Shown piece by piece: positions 12,826 through 26,950 of a stretch of 64,000 nt of DNA; within the stretch, counting starts at the first letter, position 1, and every line of letters starts with the position of its first letter. The notes beneath the pieces are model-generated. The model was not told the DNA's origin, did not search any database, and saw only the letters and a program-made list of their open reading frames with translations. The position numbers were made by a program, and so were the translations under genes. Source of the DNA: Octopus vulgaris (lineage: Eukaryota); assembly GCA_951406725.2 (NCBI GenBank), contig OX597815.1, positions 52,142,001-52,206,000 of the forward strand, read 5' to 3'.

Positions 12826-13625
12826 TATGCGTGTGTGCGTGTATGTATATGTAGTGTGTGTGTGTGTTTTGTTTGCAGTGTATGTGTGTATGTATGTAAG
12901 TGTGGGTATGTGTGTACGCGTGGGTGTGTGTGTGGAGTAACTTTACTTTTCTCTGTGTATGTGTGTGTGCTTGTATGTGCGTGTGTGTGTACATGTATGT
13001 ATAATTGTGTGCGTGTATGTATGTGTGCTGTGTGTGTATGGGAGGCATGTGTGGATTCATTTGCGTGTGCATGTGTGTATGTGCGTGTGTGTGCATATAT
13101 GTGTGTGAGTGTATGTGCATGTGTACATGTGTGTGTATATGCATGTATGTGTGTGTGCGTGTGTGTGAACGAGCGGTTGTGTAGGGGGTATAGGTGCATT
13201 TTTGCACGTGTATGCATGTGTATGTGTATGTGCATGTGTATGTGTGTGCGTGTGTGTGTATGCGAGTCTATATACATGTATGCATGGGGTTGTGAGTGTT
13301 AGGTATGTGTGCATTCATGTGTGTGTGTGTGTGCATATGTGTGTATGTGAATTCGTGTATGCGTGTGTTCGTGGGTTATGTGGAGGGTTGTGTGTGGTGT
13401 TTGTAAGGCATATATGTGCGTACCTGTGTGTATGTGTGTGCGTGTGTATATGTGTGTGTGAACGTGGAGATGTGTGTCGGGTTATGTGTACATTTTGTTG
13501 CGTGTATGCACATGTATGTATGTGTATGTTGTTGTGTGTACGTGTGTTCGTTTATGCGTGTATGTACATATAGGTATGTGTATGTATACATACATACACA
13601 CACACACACACACATATATATACAC
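12826..13625. repeat. Long degenerate (TG)n/(TGTA)n microsatellite
   Basis: ~800 bp dominated by alternating purine-pyrimidine TG/TA/CA. Confidence 0.9.
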
Positions 13626-13629
13626 ATTT

Positions 13630-14030
13630 TGGAGTAGCTATGTGGTAAGTATCTTGCTTACCAACCACATTGTTCCAGGTTCAGTCCCACTGTATGGCAC
13701 TTCGGGTAAGTGTCTTCTACTATAGCTTCTGACTGACCAAAGCCTTGTGAGTAGATTTGGTAGATGGAAACTGAAAGAAGCTCGTCATATATATATAGGT
13801 GTATGTGTGTGAGTGTGTATGTGTGTTTGTGTATCTGTGTTTGTTCCCTAGCATTGCTTGACAACCGATGCCGGTGTGTTTACATCCCCATAACATAGCC
13901 ATTCAGCAAAAAGAGACCGATAGAATAAGTACTAGGCTTTCAAAGAATAAGTCCTGGGGTCAATTTGCTCAACTAAAAGTGGTGCTCAAGCATGGTCACT
14001 GTCAAATGACTGAAACAAAATATTAAAAGA
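13630..14030 (+). mobile_element. SINE family A copy
   Basis: Same head, body and tail as 6278-6885. Confidence 0.85.
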
Positions 14031-14416
14031 ATGTATGTATATATACACACACACATATACATACATATAGGTATACGTAAATAAAGATATTATTATTAAT
14101 AAAGAGTAATAATATAAGTGGCTAGCAAGCGTAAAACCAAAAAGATGAATTTATAATTATAATTATAATTAAGGGTACCAGATAGTACCAGTGTTGCTAG
14201 AAATAATAGTCGAAAAATACTCAAATAAGCCACAATATCACAAGAAAATTCAACAAGCTGACAAAATCAAGGAGCGAGTAAAAAGACAACCTACCATTGT
14301 GGGGGAAAGACACAAATGAATTTGCAGATATACCCATATCATGGGATTTCGAACTCTGAGATAATACTCAGTGGGTCCTACTGCCTGGGGTTATATATAT
14401 ATATATATATATATAT

Positions 14417-14725
14417 GCCCAGTTTGATATAGTATATTTTTACCAGTGTATATCAAGGGATCTCCTGTATAAGGTACTAGATTTTGTTAGGGCCTACATT
14501 GAAATTAGTGATGAGGACATGCACATTATAATTCATACCAGAAGAATACCATTCTTCAGTAAAGGATCAACATGGGCCAAGTGCACTGAGCTGGAAGGTT
14601 TGGTGACATCAATGGGTGCCTTTGGCAGTATTGACATGTGATCTCATTGTTTTTGTGTCTTATATTTATTTAAAAAGAAGTCCCTTACCACTTGCTTTGG
14701 CCTCTACAGGATGATGCTCTTGCAA
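14417..14725 (+). pseudogene. Penelope-like reverse transcriptase fragment
   Basis: Translates AQFDIVYFYQCISRDLLYKVLDFVRAYIEISDEDMHIIIHTRRIPFFSKGSTWAK...TSMGAFGS, then frameshifted CDLIV and FGLYR/DDAL. This matches the FDIxxFYPSI...MGxxDGAExCELVG...GLYRDDGL pattern of PLE RTs. Confidence 0.75.
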
Positions 14726-14748
14726 TATAATGTTTAATTAGTGCATAT

Positions 14749-14836
14749 ATTCACCTGATGAAAACATTTTTTTTTGCATGATGTAATAATTCTATTCATT
14801 AATAAAAAAACATGTCTGAAAAAGCTGTAGTGAGTG
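14749..14836 (+). ncRNA. Degenerate type I hammerhead ribozyme directly 3' of the PLE RT relic
   Basis: attcac-CTGATGA-[long AT-rich stem II]-GAAA-aagctg-TA-gtgagt. Stem I attcac/gtgagt pairs. One substitution away from GAAAC-AGCT-GTA. Confidence 0.5.
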
Positions 14837-15117
14837 AGCCACTATCCTTCTGTTGTTATTTGTTTATTATTCATCTTACTCGGAAGCTGCAATTAGTGTG
14901 GATCTGGAGTCTATTGAGTGCAGTACAATTGGTGCAGTGTCTGTATCTAGATACAGCCTTGAGACTTGTGGTATGTTCAGTGGGATGTTTATGATCATAC
15001 ATGTAACTGGAATATAAATTCATGCTTACATTGGTATGTATGCATATGTTCCTCTAATTTTTGTTCCTCGAATGTTTGCTGATTTCAGTTTTCCTTCCCT
15101 CACTCTTGCTTTCAAGT

Positions 15118-15171
<54 letters not shown>

Positions 15172-15403
15172 TATATATATATATCAAAGGTTAAAAACAA
15201 CAAACGGAAATTGTCAAAACACAACAAGCAGGAATAGGACGATAGCATATCAACGGCAAACAGGACAAAACAAGATACATGGATCATTACACAGCCAATT
15301 GCTTCTTCAGTCGGAATCTGGAATGTCCACGTAGTTTTGCCCAATTCTCTCCAATGCTACTCAAAACCAGTTGGGCTAAGGGCTTAAGCTAAAGCATCCC
15401 CTC

Positions 15404-15433
<30 letters not shown>

Positions 15434-15435
<2 letters not shown>

Positions 15436-15662
15436 TCTTTACTACCCACAAGGGGCTAAACACAGAGGGGACAAACAAGGACAGACAAATAGATTAAGTC
15501 GAGTACATCGACCCCAGTGCGTAACTGGTACTTAATCTATCAACCCCGAAAGGATGAAAGGCAAAGTCGACCTCGGCGGAATTTGAACTCAGAACGAAAC
15601 AGCAGACGAAATACGGCTACGCATTTCGCCCAGCGTGCTAACGTTTCTGCCAGCTCGCCGCC
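15434..15662 (-). mobile_element. SINE family B copy
   Basis: Reverse complement of the 12541-12810 family, highly similar. Confidence 0.85.
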
Positions 15663-15663
15663 T

Positions 15664-15715
<52 letters not shown>

Positions 15716-15982
15716 TACATATCCATCTATGTGTGTGCGTGTATGTATGTATTTGATATCATCTTTCATTATTCTTTTGCCAAAGGTATGTTAATCTCCA
15801 AATACCCGAGTATATGTTGAAGTGTAAACTATTGTTTTGCCTTCCTTCTGTTTTCATTCCTTTATTTCAAATTAGCATTGTGTTAGGCTTTAAACCATTC
15901 CAACTGATGCTATACACACACATACATGTATGCATGCATGTATATATGCATGTATGTTTGCGTACATATGTATTTACACATA

Positions 15983-15987
<5 letters not shown>

Positions 15988-16077
<90 letters not shown>

Positions 16078-16101
16078 TATAAAATATATATATATATATA
16101 T
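15988..16101. repeat. (TA)n microsatellite
   Basis: About 40 uninterrupted TA units plus a degenerate extension. Confidence 0.95.
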
Positions 16102-16549
16102 AAAATCAATAAAATTGCAATGTCTGACATTTTATACAATAATTGCTGCCTCAAAATAATTATGGATTAAATTAAAAAGAAAAATGTGTTTCTTTTTTTA
16201 CGTTTTACTAATTCATAAACAAAGTCACATTTCTTAACACTACATTAGTTCCAATTAGCAAGACATAAAAGCGTTTTTCACAACTCTCTTATCAAATCAG
16301 GTAAAATATAATTGCACCAAGCATGATGAAAAAAAATACAAAGCTATCATTATAAAGCATTATTTATCACGCTTAAATATAATTTGCATAGAACAGAAGC
16401 TAAGGCAAAATTTAACAAAAGAGGTCATATGAAAGAATACATTTGTGAATGTGAAGAATTACCAATACGTTTACAATTTCCAATGCTATTTTGTATTTGC
16501 TCTGAGTTTTGAAAGCTATGAACAGTAAGCAAGTAACTATGCCTTTGAT

Positions 16550-16777
16550 CTTTCACTTGTTTTGGTCATGCTGGAGCACTGCCTTGAAGGGTTTTGCTAA
16601 ACAAATCAACCCCAAGACTTATTTTTGGTTTATAAGTCTGGTACTTATTCCATCAATCTATTTTGCTGAACTGCTACATTTTGGAGACATAAACAAACTA
16701 ACACCAGTTGTCAAGTGGTGTTGGTAGTAGTGGGGAAAACATAAAGACACACATACACACATGCACACACACATACA

Positions 16778-16808
<31 letters not shown>

Positions 16809-16965
16809 GATGGGCTTCTTTCAATTTCTATCTGCCAAATGCACTCACAAGGTTTTGGCCAGCTCAAGGCTATACTAAAAGACACTTGTCCATGGTTCCA
16901 TACAGTGGGACTGAACCTGAAACCATGCGGTTGGGAAGCAAACATCTTACCACACGGGCACGCCT
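16550..16965 (-). mobile_element. SINE family A copy (diverged)
   Basis: Reverse complement of the family A head, body and tail. Confidence 0.8.
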
Positions 16966-17189
16966 TTCCATGCATTGTTTAATTATAATGGCTTAAAAAC
17001 TGAGACGCTCATTTCATTAATACTTCTGCAAATATATTCTAATGATATTAATTGTTTATATGTTTCAATTAATATTTTAGAAATAATCAAAGGTATTGGA
17101 GAGGCAGAATCATTAGAGTAATGGACACAATTCTTTATCTTCTTTGTTTAATTTTGCCTTCAATCCTTTTGAGATGGTAAAATAAGGTA

Positions 17190-17401
17190 CTGTATCTTCT
17201 GGCATACAAGTAGTACATAGTGTAAGCATGTAGTGTGCATTTGTAAATATTCAAACATTGTTACTAACTTTCCAAATCCTGCTGTCTTTCACATGGAATT
17301 TTTGGTCCCCCATCGTCATCTTTGTGTATAAATTGACCTACCATTTTTTTGGCTGTAAATTTTAGTCTGAAAAAAATCAACTTGTATACCAAAAAATACA
17401 G
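17190..17401. mobile_element. Tc1/mariner-superfamily MITE with TA TSD
   Basis: TA-ctgtatcttctggcatacaagt ... acttgtataccaaaaaatacag-TA (~22 bp TIRs). Confidence 0.7.
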
Positions 17402-19872
17402 TATTGTTTTTAGGCATATATAATATGTACTCATATACACTGTGCATCACTAATTGCAGGCTATGAAATCTTAGGCAAAAAATGTCTCTCTTTAATAATA
17501 TACTTTTATGATGTATCGAAAAAACATTTTTTGTGAGATTTATAATTGCTATGAAAATTAAATCTAAAAGTTCACATCTACATAAAACAAAAAGCAAATT
17601 TGAAAGTGACCTTTGAACTGTACCGGTGTAGATTGTAAAGTCAATATTATGGAAATGAAAGTTGTAATTTTTCAAATTTTTTCAGTTAGAATCTTAAACA
17701 ACATATAAAAAGCTTCCAATATTTTGTATACAATTTTGTGGGACATAAATTGTGTTGGCATATATATATATATATCATCTAATTTCAGTACAAATTTCTG
17801 CTTAGATAAAAGCTGTATTTTATTGCTATCGATGTCAATTTTATTTTCTGATTACTTCATATCAACATTTATGAGCTATATTTTGCTGGCAAACATGGGT
17901 CCTGTGGAATTATTACCTTCAACCTTCAGTATGGAAGGTTATAAAAGACGCAATGCAGAATATAAACACTTTCATTATATTTCCGAGGTGGTGAGCTGGC
18001 AGAATTGTTAGTATGTTGGATAAAATACTAAGTGGCATTTCTTTCGACTCTTTATGTTCTGAGAAATTCTGCCAAGGTTGACTTTGCCTTTCATCCTTTC
18101 AGGGCTGATAAAATAAGTACCAGTTGCAATCCTTGCACCAATATTTGAAATCATTATACATCCATTTAAATACTTTCAAAGTTTAACTTATATCTGGATT
18201 GCTACAAACTTTACTGGGTAAAGTGGGTTACATTTTAGTCTCATATCTAATGTGCATTCCTAACACTTAAGCTTAAAAATCAGGGAAAACATACATGATA
18301 CACAAATAAATACACTGCCAGTCAAATAATAAGAACAGTTTAAATTCCTATAATGCATTATATATGTGAAAATAAGAAAAAAATTAGGAAGTATTTAGTA
18401 AAGTAACTGACATTTTCATTATTAACATTGGTATAAAGTATGAGCCGGCAGAACCACTAGCATACCTGACAAAATGTTTAGTGGTATTCTGTCTTTCTTT
18501 ACGTTCTGAGTTCAAATTCCACTGAGGTTGATTTTGCCTTTCATTCTTTTGGTGTTGATAAAATAAGTGCCAGTCAACTGGGGTCAATGTAATCAATTTC
18601 CTCCTCTCTTCAAAAACTGCTGGCCCTGTGCCAAAATTTGAAACCTGGTGTTTGGAACATAACTAAACAATAGGTTTTTATTTAAAAACTATAATGGAAA
18701 GCTTTCATTTAAATATGAATATTTTTTTAACTGCAACTTTTCTAATATAAAACCAGAAATGGTTTGAGTCACGTTGGTATCAAAGAGTCAACTCTTGCAA
18801 ATATAGCTGCTAATATTTGTTATTGAGCTACTTGCCCTACCATTACTGATGGAACATATCATAGATGTAAAGATAATAGATGAAATTTAGAGGAGATATT
18901 AAAAACATAAATCACATAATATGGTTTAGGGTCAGTGACTAAAATCTCACACATTTATTTCCATTTTATCAATAAATTATATTATAGATTTATTATAGAT
19001 ATGAGAAATTGGAGGAAGTTACTGACAATATTTATCATTTAAGTACCTTGGAGAATTTTACTGAGATACTTAAAATTATATTGTAATGTAAGGAAAAAAA
19101 TATATTTGTTTGGAATTCAGTTTATCTTTTAATATAAACAGCTTCTTTTCTTGAAATATATACACCCTTTTATACCAATTACTATGAAATTTAAGTTTCT
19201 TATTTACTGAATGCAGCAAAAGAAAAACAGAGACAGCCATTAACATCATCATCATTATCATCAACAATTTTTAAATAATATTATTTCTATTGTAATAGAA
19301 AAATAGGTTAATGTTTAACCCCAGGTCAACTTTGATTGAGTAAATTTATTACCAAAGGTATTCCATCCACAATCACCCTACTCTTCTTTAAGACATTGGC
19401 TTGGTAGGGTGATTTAAAGAAAATTTTGCTACTATTTCTTGCACAATGAGTGTTACTTGGTTTTTAAACAGTATATCTCCATACATCACAATACTGTAGG
19501 GGCTGACTTGCCAAAAATCTTTGTACAATATTTTGCCAGGTAACCTTCCAGTACTTTTTAAAACCGTATCTTAGAAATATGGAATGGTAGAAAGTGTAAA
19601 ATCCCTTAGAACATTTTTCTTTCTTCTCTTCTTTATTCAAATCTCAATGGGGTTAACATTTCCTTTCATCTCTCCAGATATGACATTGTTTGGGAATATG
19701 GGATTGTTGTTTGTGAGATCAGAAAAGACTAGATTCAAAGATAAATAGTGTTAGCACAATTTGCAAAAAATATTCTGACAGGAGTCACAAGAACTTGTGT
19801 GCTTTTGAAAAATAACACAAAGAATGTGCAAGATTGCATAAAAAAAGTGTAAAGATTCGAAATAGATACTGC

Positions 19873-19935
<63 letters not shown>

Positions 19936-19953
19936 GTGATGATGATGATGATG

Positions 19954-20015
<62 letters not shown>

Positions 20016-20065
20016 AATAATAATAATTATGATGATGATAATAATTATGATGATAATAATAATAA
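19873..20065. repeat. (TAA)n/(TGA)n compound microsatellite
   Basis: Direct inspection. Confidence 0.95.
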
Positions 20066-21987
20066 TCTCTCCTGAGTTGATAAAATAAAATTGACCTTAG
20101 CTGATTCAATCAGTTCTGTTTGCTCTCTTCAAATGTTTGGCCTTGATCCAATCTAGGAAATCAATATTATAAATCTGATGAAAGTTGGTGGAATGGAAAA
20201 AGAGTACAGATAACTAGTTTTACAGTATTTAGTTTCATTCTTTTCTTATTCTGAGTTCATATCCTGCTAAAGTCATATTTCTTGGGTTTATATATCAAGT
20301 AAAAATACTGCATTTCAACTAACTTTTTTTTTTACAAGTAGCTAATCTTTTGTAAGTATTGTAATTCTTTATTATGAATTTGTTAATCTTACACTGTTGT
20401 TCTTATGTCATTAAGTTACCCTAATTGAGATACTGTTGTTATCCACTTAGAGTATGGTACTATCCTAGTTGATGACCACAAATATATACCGACACATTGT
20501 TGATGTTTTTTTTTATTGACTGCAAAAATATAAAATGCCATGTCAAATTCATAAAAATTTAAATTTTAAACAATTAAACCTTATTTCACATAAAGATTGT
20601 TTAGTTTTGCAAAGTTTCAAGAAGTTACAGAATTGTATTAGATATTGTTTTGAGGGATTCCAGTTTGTTAGTTTTAAGAGTAAGTTAGTTTCTACCTCAA
20701 GGTTACAGTTTATAATTCCTATATTCTAGCATTCACTTTGTATTGGTTCATTGAATTAGTTTCTTCCTAACAGAAGATTTCTTCTATCAGACATCAAACA
20801 GAAGTAAGAATATTACTAGATTTTGCCCGCTGGTTGTAACTAATCAGATCTGTTTGGCACATGAGTTGCCAATCAAATTATTAACAGCAACACACAAAAT
20901 TATCATAGCTAACACACTAAAGCTTTTGATCATGTATTGTCTTAATATATTAGTAATGTTATTCATCCTAAATAAAGAAGATAGTTGTTTTGTCAGGATT
21001 CAGTTTTAGAACAATTATCTGTTAAGCAGTTTTCTTAAGTTATATTGATTTACTACAACAGGATTACATAATCAGCATCTTGCCTTTAAACCAGTCATAG
21101 GCAGTCTGCAACCTGCAGGACCTTCTGAATGGTATGCCTAACAAAAAAATTACCTTGAAAGTTTTCAGGTTTGTGGTCCACCTGATGACAAGCCACATCT
21201 CATGCAGTCTACTTCTCAAAAAAGGTTGCTCATACCTGCTTTAATTTTTTTCTTAACTTGTTCAACATTGTATATAATCACATTTAATTATCAAACTACA
21301 AAAATTAATTATGTAAAAACTTACTGCTGTGATCCCAGCCTAGATAATTATATTAATGGGTGGAAAATTCTTTCTTCTAGACTTTTATGGGTTTCAGTGA
21401 TTGAACTTTAGTTATACTTGGACACTGGTTTCAAGGGTATAGTAAAATATATTCCTTTCAATCTTCGAACAAGGAAAACTAAAGTGGACTTAGACAAAAT
21501 TTGAACTTGGAATATAAAACAATGCAATCAAATACCACTAGATATTTTGTTTAATACTCTACTAATTCTGCAATCCACTATTGTACATGTATAAAAATCT
21601 TGATTGTTTTGGAAGTTTATGGAAATGCATAAGTTAGAAATATAATTAATAAATGGCTTAGTTAATTGTGGAAATCTTGTTTGAATTGGATCATTGCATT
21701 TTGTTGTTGATCTGGCTCTGATAATTTAATTTATGTTAAGTATTAGTATTTTGTCTCAGATAAGGATCATAAACAAGCAATAACTATCAAATTATTCAAA
21801 GCTTTAACTGATATCATTGAGGTTAACTGTAGCCCTTGCTCTTGAGGAAAATTTAGCTGTTTTATATGTAATGGTGAAAGCCATTTGAAAGCTGGTATCT
21901 AGCTAGAGAAGCTGGTAAAACTGAAGTATTAAGAAAGCAGTGGATAATAGTACAAGCAGTAATAAAATAAGCTTCCTGCACAGAAAG

Positions 21988-22750
21988 ATCATCATCATCA
22001 TCATTTAGTGTCTGTTTTTCATGCTGGAATGGGTTAGATGGTTTTACTGGAACTGATAAGCCAGGGAGCTGCACCAGATTCCAGTCTGCTTTGGCTTGGT
22101 TTCTATGGCTGGATGCCCTTCCTAGTGTACTCGGTGCCTTTTATGCGCCACTGGCAGGGGTGCATTTCATGTGTCACTGACATGGGTCCCTTTTATGTAT
22201 AACTGGCACTACCCACGACTATGATTTCACTTAGCTTGATATGTCTACTCAAGCACAACAAATCACCAAAAGTTTGTCACTTGTTATCACCTCTGTAAGA
22301 CTCAACGTTTGAAGGTCATATTTTACCACCTCATCCCATGTCTACCTGGGTCTACCTCTTCTACAGGTTCCTTCCACAGTTAGAGATCAGCACTTCTTTA
22401 TGCAGCTGTCCTTGTCCATATGATTTACATGGCCATACCAGTGCCGTCTTCTCTCTTGCACACTTCATCTGGTCATTCTCAATTTTCCTCTTAAGACATT
22501 TACACTCTATTGTATGTGCATGCTGATATTGCACATCTAGTGGAGCATATTAGCTTCATTTTTTTCAAGCCTTTGCATGTCCTCTGCAGTTATAGCCCAT
22601 GTTTCACTGCCATGAGCATGACTGTTTGTACACAAGCATCATATAATCTACCTTTCACTCAGAGAGGCCCTTTGTTACCAACAAAGGTAGCAACCTTCTC
22701 AACTTTTCCCAACCCATTTTTATTCTAGCAGCTACACTCTCAGAGCATCT
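21988..22750 (-). mobile_element. Decayed RTE LINE 3' fragment with (GAT)n tail
   Basis: Reverse complement is similar to 9950-10400 (ctttgttggtaacaaagggcc, aggcttgaaaaaaatgaagcta, acctgtagaagaggtagacccagg) and carries the RTE-type 3' end. Confidence 0.7.
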
Positions 22751-24151
22751 ATTTAACATAATCTATTTAACTCATTTAGTGAATTTGCTAAAGATACAGG
22801 AGATATTTCACCAATTATTTGTGTGATAGTGTTAGAATATTGAAAAAATAGTAATAGACAGTCAGTTAACATTGTTTTATTAAGATATAGGTAAAAAAGA
22901 AATAAAAGACAAACTAACAACTGAAAATAAATGTATTTAAATTCCCTGCATTTCAGTGTTAATCATTTGACTTTTATGACATTTATTACACGATTCTTTG
23001 AATTTCAATATTCGCAATGAAATGAGTTAGTAACATATTTTATTTTACTTTTTCTTTTACTGGTTTGGCCTGCAGGATGTGACTGTGCATATCACCTTCA
23101 TTGGTATTCAGAAACTGATAACATTAATGTAATAATGTACAAGTTGAGAGCTACAGGAGAAACATGAGTGAATTCCAGAGAGAGGAAGGAACTGGAATTA
23201 GTGGTTACTGTGGGACCTTGTTTGTTACAATGTGGGTGATGAAAAGAGAAGAAATGTGTAAGATGAACATTAGATACCATTTCTGAAGCAAGTTAACTAG
23301 AAAAGAAGCCTGCTTCATAGTAATATCTTCAGAAAGGTTTATTTACTGTACATATTAATGTATTATAGATTTTCAGCCCTCTAGTTATTAAACTGCAGTG
23401 TTACATTATCTAGTAAAATAATCTTGCACTTTTTTTTTATTGAATAATATCTGTAACAAATTCCTATTTAGAGAGTAACTTCTAATATCTTTTACAAAGG
23501 ATTCAAAGAAATAACTTGAGTTTATCTTCTTTAAATGTAACCAAAACTGTGTGAAGTTAATAAAGTGAATGAAATATCTCAAACAAAGGTTATAGATAAG
23601 GATATTTCTCTTCACAACCCAGTATTTGAAATATATTTCTAATGCTTGAAACAAGAAAAGGGACTTAGAATAGTGAAGATACTATGTATTTCTACAACTT
23701 TTCTTCGCTATTCCTATTTTGAAATTCCCTTTAGTTTTATGGGAATAAAATACAGATAACACATACATACATGCACACATGCACATTCTTTCTACGTGCT
23801 TCAGTCACAAGAATGCGGCCATGCTGGGGCACTGCCTTGAAGGGTTTAGTTGAACAAATTGATCCCACTTCTTATTACTGATACTAATTCTATTAGGTTT
23901 CTTTTGTTGAACTACAAAGTTACAGGGATGTAAACAAATGAACATTGGCTGTCAAATGGTGGGAGGACAAATACGAAAGCACACTCACACACGATGGTAT
24001 GTCACATAGTTTCAATGTACCAAATTCATTCACAAGGCATTGGTCGACCCAGGTCTTTAGTAGAAGATACTTCCCAAGGTGCTGCTCTGTGGGAATGAAC
24101 TCAAAATCACATGGTTGCAGAGCAAGCTTCTTAATGACAAATGCTTATATA

Positions 24152-25034
24152 CTGGGTGTGATGGATAAATTGTTGCTATTTTATATCTTTAACTTTGTGC
24201 ATGCGCTTTGTTTGTCTTTCATTTTGTCGACTACACAGTCTAGTAGGGTCTGTTGGGCACTGTCTGTGAGAAAAACAGCATCACGATGCAATTCACTTTG
24301 CTAAAAATTTGGAAATGACATACTGTACTGCTTGACATTCATGCCAGAAGCTCCAGTATGAACATTTCAGAGTGTTTGGATGTCAATCTGAGGTCAGTGC
24401 AATCTGAAGACATGTACAGACAGTGATAAAAATCAAACATCCAGTCAACATCATAGTATTTTGAATGATCACTAATGATGATGACGTTATGCCTCCATTC
24501 ATCTTCCCACACAGCCTAAGACTCAACACAGAGGACTACATCAAATGCCTGGAGAAGGTAGTGCTGCCCTGGGTTAAGAGGGTGGCTGCTGGAAGACCCT
24601 ATATCTGGTAACAGGACTCTGCACCATGCCACACAAGCAGGAGAACCCAGTCATGGTTGTCTGACAATTTCTGCAACCACATCACCCCTAACATCTGGCC
24701 ACCTAATTTCGCAGACTGCAACCCACTTGATTATTATATGTGGGGTACAGTTGAGTGAGAGACCAACAAAACTCCTTGTAACATCAAAGATGAACTGAAG
24801 ACAAGGATTATGACAGCATTCACCAACAAGGAGACTGTCCAAAAGAGTTGCAGGAGATTCCAAAGTCGTCTGGAGGCCGTAGTTGAAGCCAATGGCGATT
24901 TTATTAAATAAATTTACTCTTTAGTATTTCAATATATTTTTATGTATGTTTGGTGAATATATCTGTTAAAATGAGATGTCAGTGCTATTTTCATTTTCAC
25001 ATAATTTAGATGACAGTTTATTCACAGCGCCCTG
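24152..25034 (+). mobile_element. Internally deleted mariner-like DNA transposon, DD37D (maT) transposase relic
   Basis: 24603-24900 translates IW*QDSAPCHTSRRTQSWLSDNFCNHITPNIWPPNFADCNPLDYYMWG...RLEAVVEANGDFI, with 37 residues between the last two catalytic Asp. Degenerate TIRs ctgggtgtgatggataaattgt / acagtttattcacagcgccctg are each flanked by TA. Confidence 0.85.
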
Positions 25035-25106
<72 letters not shown>

Positions 25107-26690
25107 GGGAGAGAGAGAGAGAGAGAGAGTGCGATGTAGTCCTCTGACCCATTGGATCCTGTCAAACCGTTGAACCTATGCCAGTATGGAAAACAGATGT
25201 AAATTGATGATGATGCTACCCTTGCCAATGGCAATAGTGACAATGAAGATGATGAGGTTGATATATAAAGACACCACATTGCTAAATGGTTAAAATATTT
25301 CCTTTGCAATCACAAGGCTCCAAGTTCAATCCCATAAGATAACATCTCGAGTAAGTGTCAACCCCATGCTTTGTGAATGATATTGGATAGATAGAAACTG
25401 CTTGAAAGTTTGTTGAATCAGTTGTACCTGCGTTTCAAATCTAGCTTTGTCTCTTACACACTGATTTTGCTTGAGAATTATGTTAAGGGCACATGTGTCT
25501 GTTTTGTACTCAGCTACTTTTATAGGGCATCCCAGAATTAACTATCTATTTCAATGAAATCTGGCAAATTTTTAAAAAACTGGCAGAATTTTGTTTATTA
25601 CTTAATTATGATACCAAAACAAATAATTTATAGATCATATGTCAGCCTGCAAATTTCAAATCTATCCTTAGCATTACAAAGCACATTTTGAAGCATTTCA
25701 GGAGTTATTACCTGCACTGCCCAACATACTAATAGTTCTATTTGGATTTTGCCTTTCATCTTTTCAGATTTATCAGTATGAAAAAGATGAAAGGTAGAGT
25801 TGACTTTGGTAGGATCTGAATTCTGATTGCTGAGAGATGGAACAAATACTGCAAAGCATTCTACCTGATGTTCTAACTACATTACCATTCTATTACTTTG
25901 GTTATACAATTAAAAACATTTATATAGTTTTCTTCTTTGCTTAGAAAACAAGATAGATGATCAAAAGGTACGTTATTTCCAGGGTATAAATGTTAGTATT
26001 TAAAAATAATAACATTATTCTGAAGAATGTTCCTCTTATTGCTTTATAATGACCTCTTTGAGTTCTATCTTGTTATAAGACAATAAAGTTTATTGACAAA
26101 CTACAAAGAAATCTTTTTGAAATTCAAGACAGTCATTTTGGCTTGGAATCAGTTTTTTAGAATAATGAGTTTGTTTTTCAGTCATGATTCAGTCACGATG
26201 CTTACACTTGTTCCTAGCAGAAAAGAGAAAAAAAAAAATGTAATTTTCATTAGTCATAATATTGTAATTTAAAATACTTCACGTATGTGGTATGCAAAAA
26301 GAGGCAGAGAACTATTGGTAGATTTAGGAGATTAATATTGCAATGCATATGAAGCATCAAATCAAATTTTTTATGTTTTTTAAATATGTTTTTAAATGTT
26401 TTCTTTTTTCTATTTTGATTGAGAGATATGCAATTTCATGCCATTTTAGGAACCAGCTGTTTAGAGCAATTTTTCATAGCCATTTTTTTCTCATTTAAAA
26501 CAAAAATTATTATGACTAAATAGTGACAGCAAACATTTAAGAACTAAAATAATATGAGGTGCCATTATTTTTAACTATTGCTGACTCTATAAAAGTATTT
26601 AAAAGATTTCTATGAACCACTATTGTATTCCTGATATCACTATAAGAATAGTATATATTAACATCATGTTTCATGATAAAATGTATTTTA

Positions 26691-26724
26691 TAAACCCTTA
26701 GCCTTCAGATTATTGTCAAATATA

Positions 26725-26772
<48 letters not shown>

Positions 26773-26950
26773 CTTGTTTATTTCAATTTATCATCCATTA
26801 TCACGTTGCTTCAAGATTTCAGTGATATGATTGTATATTTCTGGAGTGACATTGTAAGGTTAGAGTAAGAGGCTGGATTTGGCCAGTTTGAACCAAAAAT
26901 TTGTAGAATATTTGAGCCAGATATGACTGGTTTAAATATTATGGTGTTAA
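26691..26950 (+). mobile_element. Decayed TTAA-flanked (piggyBac-like) MITE; related inverted copy at ~44443-44677
   Basis: aacccttagccttcagatta ... gatatgactggtttaaatattatggtgttaa. The second copy reads tttaaaccagccatatcc ... gtaatctgagtgctaaggagttaa. Confidence 0.45.

Noticed and set aside
12668-13725. Long His/Thr- and Cys/Val-rich ORFs (also poly-I, poly-Y, poly-D and poly-T ORFs elsewhere)
   Set aside because: Translations of (CA)n/(TG)n, (TA)n, (TAA)n, (GAT)n and (ACC)n microsatellites; no protein signal.
19660-19740. Acceptor-like tttcctttcatctctccag, and a similar one at ~23045-23075
   Set aside because: Downstream frames close quickly and give no recognisable peptide; insufficient evidence for exons.
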